A stretch of DNA of 63,581 nt, filler included, from Choristocarpus tenellus KU-1152 (lineage: Eukaryota > Protista > Phaeophyceae), in NCBI GenBank assembly GCA_964200185.2. It is 8 parts of 8 records of this genome, joined end to end, with 100 filler letters (N's around TTAATTAATTAA, not from the genome) between each part and the next. Parts side by side here need not be neighbours in the genome. Positions count along the whole stretch, not along the records: positions 18,430 to 29,307 come from CAXNAD020002654.1; positions 29,408 to 32,450 come from CAXNAD020022734.1; positions 32,551 to 35,088 come from CAXNAD020026951.1; positions 35,189 to 45,134 come from CAXNAD020003256.1; 4 more parts are not named here. One strand, written 5' to 3'. The notes below the pieces were generated by a model. That model did not search any database. It was given only the letters and a program-made list of their open reading frames with translations, and had not been told where the DNA came from. How positions within the stretch are numbered: the first letter of the stretch is position 1; the number at the start of each line of letters is the position of its first letter. Position numbers and translations under genes: made by a program. Shown here in pieces: positions 26,580 to 39,732 of the stretch.

Positions 26580-28149
26580 ATGGCTTGGAAGGCCCTACGA
26601 CGTCCTCTATCGCCTCTCCTCCTCTTCGCCGTCGGTGCCGCCCTCCAGAGGTGTCCAGCACTAGTAATTCCCACACCATTACCCCAAATCGTATCGCGGA
26701 CAGTGGGGAAGGTAGTGATAACTGGGTGTCATGGGGGGGGCTGTGCACATGGAACAAGAATCGGGGAGGTTGGAGTCATCGCTGGGCCGCAAGGAAGAAG
26801 TGGACTTGCGTTCAGATTAGCGGCCGAACAGGGAGGGGAAGCCTTCGGGAGCATGGAGGTTGATAGTGCAACGCCGGAGGAAGGATATTGTGAGTGTCTG
26901 GAATGCGGGTGTGCTCTGGAAGGCCTATCCGATCCTGAGATGCCCTTGCATTCTCGCCTATTGTAAAACTGGTGTTTCCGTGCAATGTAATGGACGTTGC
27001 TCTTGCCTGAACCCTGTAGCCTGCAAAATCGTTCCCTAAGTCCTCCACACTCGCATCCTCCTAGTTTGCAAATTACGGTAAAATACGGGGATTATTCAGT
27101 AGGCGTCCAACACTATCTCATGCCGATCGATATTTTGGCATGTTCAATTTCGATGCTTGGTTGGGACCCCAATACCCCTAGTCAGCATCATCTTCTCCAA
27201 AACCAGTCAGGAAGCGAGGTCATTTCCCTACCAAATTAGATCTAATCCTCGGTGCACGCTTTGGTCGAATTCCTTTCCTGCCCTCGCTGTATCTATCTCG
27301 GCGACTTCGCCCATCCAGCTCGTCCCAACAAACCCATCTACTTACAGTACTATGGGGCACCCCTCAGCCCTCAACGCATACCATCGCCTACAATCACCAT
27401 TTGTTTCGGATTGGAAGCATAACTGTATTGCAGTACACTTCATTGACCCTGACCTCGTTGTGCAGCTGGGGAGGATTCTGCCTTGCCTTCCTTGTGGCCT
27501 GCATCTAACAGGTTGGCAATTGGTACAATTGCCACGTTGGGTGCGCTGGAGTCACTGTTCCTCACCTACCAGAAGATGCGTCCAGGAGGCATTGGGCTAC
27601 TGTGTGGGGTAAATGGGGGGTGCACTGATGTGCTTACTGGTCCATACTCACAAATCCTGGTAAGCAGTCTGAGGAGATGGGAGTGGAGTGGAGGTTGGGC
27701 TTTGATAGTCGTGATTCATGCAAGCTTTCATATTTGGAGTTATTTTGAGGGAATATTATGAAGGCAGCAATGAGTGAATACATGCACACCTTCTAGGGTG
27801 TGCATGGAGCCCTTGATCAAGAAAAGAAATGACAAATAATAAGTATGAGAAAAACTCTTGGATCCAGACACCAATCCTGCCCCCTTTGCCCAGTTGCGCC
27901 TGGTGCATCCATTGAACACCTAACTGTTCTATTAAGAGCACTCTAAAATTTTGTTATCTGGAGCATGTAGTGCTAGCTATTTGGAAGTCGGTAAACAGAG
28001 TACAGTGTAGCAGCATGCCATGGAGACAATAGTTCCTTCCCTCTCACTGAGCATTGGCTCCAAGGTCATTCATGGCTGAATGTCCTTGTTGTTCGCCCGA
28101 TCACCTTGCCAATAGGTAGCACTTCAAGGCCATTACAAATCTACACAGA

Positions 28150-28207
<58 letters not shown>

Positions 28208-28467
28208 CTTAGAGTCCGATGTACTGCTATTGAGACGATGTAAAACACTCCTTGTAGCCCTGCTATCGAAGTTGGCAATCCGCCCTGTCTCAATCGCGCC
28301 GCACAAACTCACGACATTGTCGTTGTCTCCACAACTGCACGAAACAACAGGGGGTGCCCTTGACTATCCCTGGGGCCATGGCATATCTGGCTGTGGCGGG
28401 CCTGTCGCTGGTTCCCTTGGTGAAGAACAATAACGCCATAGACAAGTGGACAAGGTCCGGGATACTG
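26580..28467 (+). CDS. LTO1: Plastid VKOR-domain thiol-disulfide oxidoreductase (LTO1-like), 5' part; exons 26580-26889, 27466-27659, 28351-28467; remainder lost at the spacer 29308
   Basis: Phase-compatible splicing gives a signal/transit-like N-terminus, then RLAIGTIATLGALESLFLTYQKM...LCGVNGGCTDVLTGPYSQILGVPLTIPGAMAYLAVAGL. This matches VKOR/LTO1 GxxETxYLTYxK...C...GCxxVLxSxYxxxxGVPL. The CxxC helix and thioredoxin domain are not seen in the window. Confidence 0.85.
28153..28206 (+). repeat. (CA)n microsatellite. Others: (TG)n ~5750, 17015, 19390; (TA)n ~45724; (AG)n ~48766; (CT)n ~60498; (TTG/ATG/ATT)n 28573-28629; (TAA)n ~61545; TATAGAGTATGTCG x3 at 28801-28842
   Basis: Directly visible simple repeats, mostly intronic. 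Confidence 0.95.
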
Positions 28468-31400
28468 GTGAGAAGGCCCCGCAGTGCTGGGTGGGGGTGA
28501 AGGGGCCGTGACATGCGCAGGAGAGGACGGCTTTCTGAGTGGGAGGGGTTGGGTTTGGACGTCCTGCAGGCGTTGTTGTTGTTGTTGTTGTTGTTGATGA
28601 CGATGATGATGATGATGATTATTATTATTCGTGTCGGTTTGTTTTGTGGCAAAAGGGCATTTGCCTGTTGTGCTGTTGCCTGTTGCGCTGTGACTGCGCT
28701 TGTCTTGCTTGCTGACTCCTGTACTGTACAGTACTGTTTTTGTCTTTTTTGTGGTCGATGTTGTGGAGGTGTGGTATTGGTATATATATATATATATTGG
28801 TATAGAGTATGTCGTATAGAGTATGTCGTATAGAGTATGTCGGTGCTGAGTTTTGTTTTTTGTTTTTTTGCGTTTCATCGTACACTTTGTGTGTGAGTGA
28901 GTGTGTGTGTGTGTCTGTGTGTGTCTATGAATATTGCGTACCAATCATGGGAATCGAAAGAATCTAGAAGAACTTTCAAGTAACTTGAGTTGTAGTCGTG
29001 TGGTGGCTGCTGTTGTGGGGATGCAGTGGTCAATGCTGCTGTGGTGCAGGGGGAGAAGGTGCATCACAGTAATGACGCATACCGTCTTGGGTGTGTCTTG
29101 GGTGTGTCTTGGATGTGTGTATTCCCTTTTAGCTGCGTTTACGACCCCTTGGAATGTTTTGGGGTTTTCTTTAAAAAAAAGTATTGATGAGCATGCGTGT
29201 ATGCATGTGTACAATCATTTTTTTTTATTGTGTATTGTATAGCGCATGTGTTTTGCAAAGTGTATACGGTAGTGTTCCCCCCCCCCCCCCCCCGTCTGAA
29301 GCAGCTCNNNNNNNNNNNNNNNNNNNNNNNNNNNNNNNNNNNNNNNNNNNNTTAATTAATTAANNNNNNNNNNNNNNNNNNNNNNNNNNNNNNNNNNNNN
29401 NNNNNNNCCCCCAAGATACTTTGACCCTGGCATATTATGTTACAATGTGAACGAGTTTTCAACTATTTAATTAAGAACACACTCTATTATTAGGTGTGTG
29501 TTGACTTTTGGATGGTGTATTTATTTGAACATAACATCATATTTGTTGGCAGTAATCTAAAATCAAAATTATGAAGATAAAATTTTGTACTTAGTTTGAT
29601 AATACTAAGCAGTCCGACTATGTTATGGCGTACTGAGAGAAGTTGGTGATATTATTATTGAACGTACCATAAAATTTCTAGTTGATAGGGAAGTATGATC
29701 CTATGGCGAAGTGGTTCACTCAGCCAAGGGTGGTGAATAGAATCACTGGGTGAGTCGGACCAAGACAAACCTTCATCGAAAGGACAAGGTAAGGTTGGAC
29801 AAGGACAAGTGTGAAGATTTGAGTGAACCACGATGAACACAGGAGAGAACTCCAAGGAGAATCCCTCATTGGTAGCTCTGAAGAGAGTTCACCTTCGGGG
29901 AACCAGGCTCTTGAAGAGATTCCATGGGAACCTATCTTTCTGAAGATCCTCCACTGGTGGAATCCAAGAGTCCTGAAAAAGAACCTCAAACGGCATGACG
30001 GTGTATTGTACGGCAATGAACTTTACGGTAGCATACAATTGCTTTCCACAGAGGACTGCAGTGGACGTCTAAATTGTAATTTATGCCACCAGTTGGCATG
30101 TTGCGGATCAGATGCTGTCATCAGCGGGACAAGAACTAACAGTGCAGGTAACGAACATAACGTACACTACTTTGAAGTATGTACATCACAGACTCTACAC
30201 TGCTTGTAACCAAGAAGGCCTTCCAATACACCAACATTAGCTGTAGTTGTATTTGAAACAAGAAACCAACTCTGTCCATACCAGTAAGCAGTATGATTGT
30301 AATATACCCCAAAACAGTCAAGATATATTTGATGATACACACTGCTGAATCTTGTAACCCCTACACTGACACTGTGAAGGTGTTTAAAAAAATGGAAGAA
30401 TCCCATGAGTCGGTCAGGGTTCACCTCATCACTGTCCTGGTGCCTCCAGTTCGAAGTTAATGGTGCGCTTTGAAAACGGCACTTGTACTGTTGTTGTGGA
30501 CACAATCTATCGTTGGTGTGACTTCACTCCTCCCTATTTTTTTTTGGTCTGTCCTTTTATTGTTGTTTCTAAGAATTGATTAAAAAATACACTACTAGCA
30601 AATAATTACTAAGCAGAGTGAAGGCAAACGAGAGGTACTCAAGGTTTGGCTGTTTTGTATTTTAAGAAAAGAAATAAATATTTTACAAGTCCGTCTCTTT
30701 TCTATGGATGAAATTCTAAGATGGACCTGAGAATATTGATTTCTCCATTGTCAAAATTTTGGACAGGATTCAGATAAAGTATTTTTACCAAAATTCAAAT
30801 TTCACACAGTTGTCAGCATCCTTGAAGTCGAAGCCTGTGTACCTCTCGTTTACTTTGCCTCGCAGTATTATGTGCAATACGTACGAAAGGCCTGCGTATG
30901 TATGATATATTCTCGTGCGCCACGCTTATAATTTATACTACATATTGATCATAAGGTATATTAGTATGTCCACGGACATTTTGCAGATGATGTTGAGCCA
31001 AACCGATTGAGAGATAGGCAGTGTTGCATTTGAAAGATCCTGGGAGAGGAAAAAAATAAGCCGATTGGTACAATTGAAAAGGAACCTTTGCTCAGTTGTG
31101 GTGTCATTTTGTGTTAGGCAAGGAGGGGGAATATCGATTTTGCGTGCATTATTGTGCACATACATGGAGTGTATTGCATAGGGTAAGAAAGATGGCTTAG
31201 AATGCAAAAGGGTCCAAACCTTCCTGCCTCTCAATTGGCTTAGCTCGTTGTCATGGGGAAACAAGAAGAAACATTATTTGTTTGAGATGGTTCCCTCCCC
31301 GACTGGCAGTTTGCATGTGATGATAGCCTCCAGGTAAGCCTAGCACATGTAGACTTAGATTCCGCATATTTTGCACATGTATGAGCAAAACACGATCTCA

Positions 31401-32819
31401 CACACCATGACAAAATATGCAAAATATCTGTGGGCATAAAAAAATATCACTTATGTGTATTTGAATATATATATATGTAGGGGGAGTGTTCAGGTGTTCT
31501 CGCACAATTAACATTTTAGATGAAGAAAAAAAAATGACACAACACCCACGTCTAGTACATCCTACGTAGCATACTATGTTATCCACTGACATCTTATAGC
31601 GCCCTTCACTGCATTAGACCACGGCCTGTTCCCTTGATATTTTCTTTAGGTCCAGCTCGGCCCCTTTAAAAATACCTTACCCATGGTGGCCCTCTCAATA
31701 AGAATATATTCTTGGGCTGGTTCATGGTATTTTCTCAGTCTACATATCTAACTAATAATGAAAAAAATGCTACTATTGAGTATTTAAATTATCTGCCCAC
31801 AAACAATAAGAAGACTGGTTGAAGTCCTGACATTTTGCTGGAGATGTTCCCACGGAGGGCACTGGAATAACATCTAGTAAGGCGAAGAATGCAACATATA
31901 TTGTGACGACAAACACAATCTGTACTGGTTGCAGTGAAAAAGGCCCTCAGATATATAGATAATTTATCAACCAGAGGTGTGATATATGTTAAAGAAGAAA
32001 AGAAGAAACCGAAGAAAAATAGATACAGCTGCTGAAATCACTCCTAAACTGGCACTACAAAGGCGTTGTAGAAACAGGAAGAGCTTCACAAGCAGTGTGT
32101 TCAAGTCTTGTCTTGCCTGCAGCCTGATATCTCTAATTTCAAGTGCAGAACACACACCTACCAACTTCTACTCTTTTTTTCAGTATATTGGGGTGGTACG
32201 GAGAATCGTTTTCGTTTTTTCCTTTTTTTGTGCGTTTGCTAGACGTGCCATTATAACCCTCCCCAAACCAAGTACATGTATGTAAAGAGTATGTTTATTA
32301 TGTAAAACTTGCACTATTTGTCTTCGTCGCGCAATAATAACTAGTTCTGTAGTCGAGGCGTGAAAGCGACTATCACCAGATTACGAGCGATTTTTCGACC
32401 TTGTGTTTTTAATTTCAACAACTTTGCGGTAGAAAGTTTTGTCGCAACACNNNNNNNNNNNNNNNNNNNNNNNNNNNNNNNNNNNNNNNNNNNNTTAATT
32501 AATTAANNNNNNNNNNNNNNNNNNNNNNNNNNNNNNNNNNNNNNNNNNNNCAACAAAATAGAAAGGGGAACACAAGGTAACAGTGGAACGCACTTGATGC
32601 AAGTTCCGAAGTAACTTGGATGACGTGTGCTACGGTGTTCCTGTGTGTGATGTGGATGAACTGAATATCAATCAACTGATGCTATACTTCTATCTACTGT
32701 CATCGATGTGATGATGAGTTGGAATGCGTAATAAATAAATGAACACTAACAACCAGTGCAGTGCATCAATCAACAGTCAGTACAAGCTGGTAGATGTGTA
32801 TCATATCAACAAGGAACAA

Positions 32820-33194
32820 ATGAGTAGCCTATGTTTTAACAGAGTCAAGGGCCGCTTCAGAATCCTCAAGCTGCGACTACTATACTCGCACAGGAAGAAG
32901 ATAGATAACATATTTTTCACTTGTTGCATATTGCAAAATATGCTTCATTCATACGATAGCCCTGGAGAGTTGGAGGGAAAAACTGACTGGACAGGGGATG
33001 CTGGTCTGCACGATGCCTTCTACAGTGACACTTACACTGATTTCAAGCAGATGGGCATGCCAACGGACCAGGGGGAAGGGGAATCTGAAGAGTATGTGGA
33101 GAGGGAGGTGGGATTTGATCAGCTTAGGAAGAAGCTGACAGGAAAATACAAGTACAAGGAAGAAAACGTAGAGGTTGTTTGGATGAGGTCCTGA
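32820..33194 (+). mobile_element. PIF/Harbinger transposase C-terminal remnant (DDE_Tnp_4-like)
   Basis: VKGRFRILKLRLLYSHRKKIDNIFFTCCILQNMLH matches Harbinger LKGRFRILK...IxxxCCILHNM. The N-terminal catalytic part is absent. Confidence 0.8.
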
Positions 33195-33769
33195 TGATGG
33201 AATCTTGCTCGTCAAACAGTGGTTTGCGTTTTGCGCTGTTGACACTTTGTGTGATAGGTAACAGTACAATTGGTATTGTACTTTTGTGAAGTAAATAATA
33301 GAAGAGGTAGGAAGAAGTAATAAAGGACAAAGAGTCATTTATCAGTACAATATAGAGAGTAGTTGAAAGTCCAGAGTAAAAAGGAAGATTAATTGCTACT
33401 GATTGTGACAATGTAGATAGGTAAAGGTTGTCCTCATCGACAAGAGCAGCTCACTTCACTCTGAGCAGTGGATAGTATTACACCCTAACCAACCTTTTGA
33501 AGAGTGCTGGGATCATCATTGTTACTTTAACTTTGCTGAAGGTCATGATACAAGATCAGGGTTGACAGCTTTGTTCGGTTAGTGCATCAGAAGCTCAATA
33601 TTAGAGGACTTGACACAGAAATAAATTCCATTCAATAAAAAATTAACTCGAATGTAAACAAAGATTTTCCAATGCCGTCCAGTGTGATAGTACACCTATG
33701 TGCATGGGACCACTGTCAAAGACTGAGCACTACACTGACAGCTGTGTTGTCGCAGTTGATTCCCCTAGT

Positions 33770-34780
33770 CTATCTTCCCACTACTGCTGCCTGTCCCCAA
33801 AGCCCCCAAGTCAACCCCCCCTTCACCACTGTCCCACCACTTCCCAACATAATCCCAGCACCACCGATATTCTGCCCCAACCTCACTGCCACCAGTTGCT
33901 GATACTGTTTCCGACAGAACTCTGCCTCAACAGTATCACCACTCTTCTGAAAAGTCCTCCAAGCTTGCTTAGCAGTCTTAAGCATTCCGTCAAAATCGTG
34001 CCTTCCTTCCCTGGCAGTAGCTTTTTCTGCCATTATGTCTACGTGTCTCCTCATGTCTCTAGCTGCATCATCCAATATGGATACGAGGGCACCAATAATG
34101 TGGTCGTCCATCCTACTTTTTTTCCTTGACTCTGCTTCCAACTTCAAGTCCTCCTCTGTAGCCCTCCGTAACTGCTGTCGGCTCCTTGATCCTGAGTTTG
34201 CTACTAGCCCGGACACTTTCATTGCCTCCACACCCTCGATTGAAGAGGACTCCACCGACCCCCCATCCTTGCTGAAGTCATATGAGGACGTGGGCCCTTC
34301 TTGTGGGGACCCCTCTCTCACACTCACGTCAAGGTATTGGAGTATTTCATTGGACAGGGGCTCATATACTGCAAACAGGAGAAGATATGGAGGGACCCAA
34401 CCATCTGGCACTTTTTTTGGAGAGGGGGGAATAGGGGAAACCTGGGGCAAAGGTCTTCCTTCTGATGCAGGAGAGGGTAGTTCCTGGCCAGGTCTTTCTG
34501 GGGTGGTGCTGGCAGGACTGGAGGTGGGGCCTCCTGACTCAGACTCCACCACTTTAGCCTCAGTCGCCGCTGGAGATTCGCCTTCGTCTTTCCCCCCCCC
34601 CAATAAGGTCGATGGTACTCCCAGTAATCTTCGATTTCTCCTGTTCCTCCACAACTGGTCGCACAGCTTCTGCAGGCAGCCGTCTCCTGCTCCCCAGACC
34701 GCAACTTTCCTCCAGGAACAAGACTGGGAAGCAAGAAAAGTGTTTGATGTGTGTATGTTAAGATGCTCCCCATTGAGCAT
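33770..34780 (-). mobile_element. Probable second (accessory) ORF of the PIF/Harbinger element, 336 aa, possibly degenerate
   Basis: A long intronless ORF convergent with the transposase remnant, with a Pro/Ser-rich middle and a charged, helical-looking C-terminus. Two-ORF organisation is established for Harbinger elements, but no Myb/SANT domain is clearly recognisable here. Confidence 0.5.
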
Positions 34781-35283
34781 TGTGATTATGGATTTCAGGT
34801 GTGTAACCTACGAAAAGTGAGATTCAATACAGCAGGAGCTCAAACAACATCTACCGTCCTACTCACGTTAGCCAGAGTGAGATGTACACGTTGGTGACAA
34901 TCTTCTGCGCCTTGGTCCACCTGGACCATATCGAAGTGTTCGAACATAGGATGTCTTCGGAATAATCTTCTTCCCGGTTCCCAATGTTGTCTGCGGGTCA
35001 AAGTATCTGGGGGGAGGGGGGTGGTTTGTGAGGGCGCGTCCGTTTCGGTCAAACAACTATATTTTTGCTAACATTTCAAATCCGACACNNNNNNNNNNNN
35101 NNNNNNNNNNNNNNNNNNNNNNNNNNNNNNNNTTAATTAATTAANNNNNNNNNNNNNNNNNNNNNNNNNNNNNNNNNNNNNNNNNNNNGGGCGGGAAGGA
35201 GGGGGAGGTGGAGAGGCGGGCGGGTGCACACGTTGGCAAAGTAATGATTGACCAACGGTAAACAGAGCAGATGGGAGTGTTTT

Positions 35284-35398
35284 ACACGAACAACTTGCTT
35301 GAACTAACTACTGGACGAACGAGGCATCATCAACATTGTTGTTAAAAGTTGATGATGCCTCCTTCGTCCAGTAGTTAGTTCAAGCAAGTTGTTCGTGT
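35284..35398. repeat. Near-perfect hairpin: 51-bp arms (35284-35334, 35348-35398), 13-nt loop; candidate small-RNA precursor
   Basis: ACACGAACAACTTGCTTGAACTAACTACTGGACGAACGAGGCATCATCAAC pairs with the downstream arm at 50 of 51 positions. Confidence 0.9.
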
Positions 35399-36942
35399 GT
35401 CTGTTGAACTCCTCATAACATGCTTACCAGAGTCGGCGCCCATTTTGCTTCAGGTGACGTGCACAGTTTCGCGCGGTGGTGGGGGGAGGAGGGATACAAA
35501 GAATGAGCAGGAAATTGATAAAGCTGGTGTTTTTCTTATTTAATGTGAAAGAAGATTTTTTTAAAAACCATATTTTTGCTCTGGGCTGTTGTCGCCTTAT
35601 TCTCCTTCTTCTCCCTGTTGTTCTCTTGCGATATGCGACAAGTCAAACAAGTTTCCCGAAAAAATAGAAAAATGCACATCGGCGTATCTGACAGGGGGTG
35701 GGAGGAGGGGGGGGCAGATCGCAACAAACGATAATTCGGGCATGACTGAGATAATCGTAGAAAGAGGTCGACGATCATCACATAATGTCAACACTTGCAA
35801 GCGCTCAGCGTTAGCTTCTTCTACTTGGGGACGATAGCAATAATTGATAAACAATTTAATAATATGGTAAAATAACACTTCTTCTCACTCGGTCGACCAT
35901 CCATAATGACGATGAAACGCCACCCCGAAAGAAACTACATCGAAGTGCTATTTTTTTGAGCATGTCGAAAAAAGCGGTACAAAATTTAATATTTTCAGAT
36001 TTGGCACAAAATCGGGGTAGGTACTGTATTTATCAATTAAATATGTCCTACTACCACCTTCGGCATGGATTCCCATTCAAAAAGGGACCCTAAAACGTTT
36101 TATGACATTTACAAAAAAAACATATGGGCACTTTCCGCGCACCATTTCGGCCAAACCCATCCTCCATGAAATGATCCATCCGCCATTATCATGATCCGCT
36201 GTTCTGTGCACTTAACCTTGGATAGTGAAGACATGAATATGTGGAGCCTCACATGACCCCCTTTGCTGCACGTGAAAAGAATGGGTGGATGAAATTAGAA
36301 GAGTGACCTTGTGGGGTATCTTCTTATTGCTTGTTTTAGTATTGTATTATTTGTGTTTGTCACACGAAGTCAATGGCTTATCAGGGTAGTTTAAATGCAA
36401 TACCAAACTCCATATATAATCCGGATGTACTATCCCATTAGTTACATCGCAAGGACTTAATCCAATCCTATATTAATCTTATATACACAGAACAGGGTAC
36501 ACCTTACAATTGTCCTATTTTGGAAAAACCTTAGAGGGTGCAATATTCCACCAATGCAGGTATTGGGATCATGCAAACTTCCAATAGCGTTTCCCCCAGA
36601 AGATTAAATGCGAAATGCGACATTTAGGATAGTGTTGGAGCTGCCTTACGAAATGATTTGAGGAGCAGCGTTTTGTTTACAACACCAGACCATACCGTAA
36701 TTTAGAGAAGGTGAAGGCTATCGACCATCCCCACAATCACCATGGGTACCTTTTGTCAGAGTTCTAACACCCAGATCCCGCAGTAGCAGTGTAACCTTGT
36801 CAAATTTTAGTGAGTGTCGTTGTAGTACAAAGGAAAGTTCCAAAATGGGAAGTTGTCAGAGTGGATAATAAAAACAGAACCAATGGGCAGTTTTACCCCA
36901 CTACAACTGGATGTTTTCCATGCCCTTAGGGATCTTTATAAT

Positions 36943-37050
36943 GAGCCAAAGTATGTTAGAGGATAGAGCTGCATCCATTTTGGGGCCAAATCCAATGTTG
37001 CGATTTTGATGTAATTTTGTCGATCATGTTTGTTAGGAAGTGTCAATATA
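36943..37050 (+). mobile_element. MITE family A, 5' half
   Basis: GAGCCAAAGTATGTTAGAGG...TTTGGGGCCAAATCCAATGTTGCGATTTTGATGTAATTTTG...TTAGGAAGTGTCAATAT matches the 5' halves of the full copies. Confidence 0.75.
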
Positions 37051-39732
37051 AGAGAAAATGGGATGTAAGAGAGGGTAAATTGCCTTGCCACGACTTTTCA
37101 GGCTACAAGAGAGGTTTCGGCATTTTCCTGCCAATTCTTATATTGAGCAAACTCACATTTTTTTTCACTACTTGACTGAAAGGTTTCCCAAGAAGGCATC
37201 TCTAAAGTTGAGCAATATACAACAAAATAATGCACAACGCTGCTGAAGACCAGCAATACACAACATAGCAATCTTTCATCTCTCAGTACTGCACAGCACA
37301 GTACACACAGCATATCACATCAAGTTTAGACAACTGCACTGTACAGATCTAACAATGCCCTGCGCAGTGGATCCAGCTGCAACACACAGGGTAATACTCC
37401 TGGTCCAACAAACTATTCATGCCATACACGTCACGTTTGTAGTGGCTATCTTCATGGCATTTGTGGCATTGTGGATCCTTTTGGCGGCAGCGAAATGAAA
37501 CGATTGTGCAAATTGTGCGTGAGCCCTACCAAACGCAAGCCTTCGAGTCCTCCAACCCGTCACAACACGGTGCCGAAGATGACGAGAGCAAGGGCAAGGG
37601 GAAGGTGTATTGTACACAAACACATCCATCGATACTCCAGTTCAGGCTTTTTTTCAAAGTAAGATCTAATTAGAAGTGCTGGTCAGTGCTTAATCCAAAA
37701 GATATTGTTTCTGTGGGTTGGTCCACATATGGGGAGGCAGCTTACTTTCCCCTTGTCTAACTGGTGCACTCAAATGTTGCTTGCAAGGATAAGGGATAAT
37801 GTATGGCACGGTGTGAGTGACGGGGGGCTGTTAAGCCCGCCCAATGTTTGCAAAGGGCACATAACCCATGCTCCCAACCTTGTCCAATACAGTGGTATGT
37901 GCTTGCATTTCAACTAAGGTTAGGCACTACCCTGCGCTTACAAAGTACATTAACAGTTTTTACATGTTGTGTGGCTGCATGTGTGATCATTTTTTTTTTA
38001 TGCCACTCACTCATGTAGTTTGCAGGGAGGCCAGAAAAAAAAAAGCAATAGGAGCAGTAAGATAATTGTCTACATTTCCACAGCTCTATGTTCATCAAGG
38101 ACGAAGGTATGCTACTTCTCAGTTGTCAGGTTGTCGTCAGGATCCTTAGGAATTTCGTTCATCATGGCAATCTCTCCAGTGCCTAACCCTTCTCGACTCA
38201 GATGAGTCCAACCGATGGCTTCATGAACTGGAAGATAAAAAGCGCAATAGGGGAGTTGGATCTGAGGTGGCACAACCTACAATCACACTTGAGCAACACA
38301 AAATCCTCCACATGTTCAGAAACGTAACATACAAGTACTATCCCAAAAAGTCAATAGAGCCGATTTGCGTTACCCATATCCACATCACTACTCTTGCCGT
38401 TGTCTTAGATGCAATACAAATACACCATGGAAATGGTCTCATACTCAATCTGTCTCCCAGCTCCTTTCTCAGCGTGAACAGTATTTGTAGAGCAAACTAC
38501 TACGAGAGGGAAATTCAGATGGCAATAATAAAAAGATTGTGGGACATTCTAAAACACCACAAACAAGTTGACCCCTGTCCAGTCTTCCGCCACTCCTCTG
38601 AACTAACTGCTTGATCAAAAAGTTTTACATACCCTGTATCATAAACAAGCATCAAACCCGTCACAACACCTGGCCAACTAGGGTTGAGAGTGTTCCTCTC
38701 TACTCATGCTTGGAGTGATCCATTCTTCCATACCGCCCTCCTTTCCAGATCAAACAGTTGACATTCCATGCTAGCAAAAAGGGACCAAAACCTGGAGATA
38801 CCTTCTCCCCTGCCTTGCCTCAAATACAAAAGTTAGCGTGTATCAAGTCCAATGCCAAGGGAATCGTTAACAGCAGTGCTTGATCCATCTGTCTAGCACC
38901 TCAAGATGGATTTGATTTTGTTGCATGGTCATCGCATTGGGGAGTAACAACGACTTGACTGCTGTACGCTGTGAAATCGCAATTATGCAAGGGCTTGTAT
39001 GCCGAAAAATAACCTAAAAACACATGTCCAACAGGCAGTTTCAAATAACAAAAAAAAAGCGCAGTGCCCAATAAATATATATATATTGCAGTTTTAAAAA
39101 AAAAATGCAACATGTATATCCACATTCCTGCATTAAAATGAGCTGGAAGTGCACGCCACATCGTGAGATCGTGCATTGATACAGACTCCTTCCTCCTCTT
39201 GTTTTAAAAAGAATTCGAGACAATTGGCAGTAGCTTGCTCAGGACATCACACAGAGTGGCATAATCTATATGGGGTTCCTAGGAGAGCTAAAAAATATTT
39301 TTTCTATTATTGTGACGGCAACAGCAATCAGCAAGAATCTACACAAGCAAAGTGCCACGATTTAGTTATTCTCTTGACATGCAAACACATGCTTGGCAAT
39401 CGACAGACACGTCAGGTACAACCTGCTGGTTCGTGCAAATACCACGCTATCCCCCCACACACATTTGCTCTTGTGCTCTACAACTACAACCACATATGTA
39501 CCAAGTCAACATTCTATTCCAGCCCCTAGTACAAACCGAGCAATTGAATGAAGTGGAGGTAAGAAACGTAAAAGCTAAAGGGCAACAACTTACATACTGA
39601 CAAAATTGTGTACAAGATGGGTAGACCGGGACAGGAGGGGGAGGGAAAGCAGGGGGGGGGATTCGACAATAAAATGTAGTACCTGCACAACCCAACCGTC
39701 CCACTGAAATCTCTTCATCTTGGACTCACGCC

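Noticed and set aside
28468-29307. LTO1 as a pseudogene lacking the CxxC and thioredoxin parts
   Set aside because: The gene runs into a contig end within an intron, and the three visible exons are intact.
31100-31270. Possible hAT dimerisation-domain relic (WTLLHSK...MYVHNNARK, minus strand)
   Set aside because: The resemblance is short and weak, and I found no TIRs or other hAT motifs.
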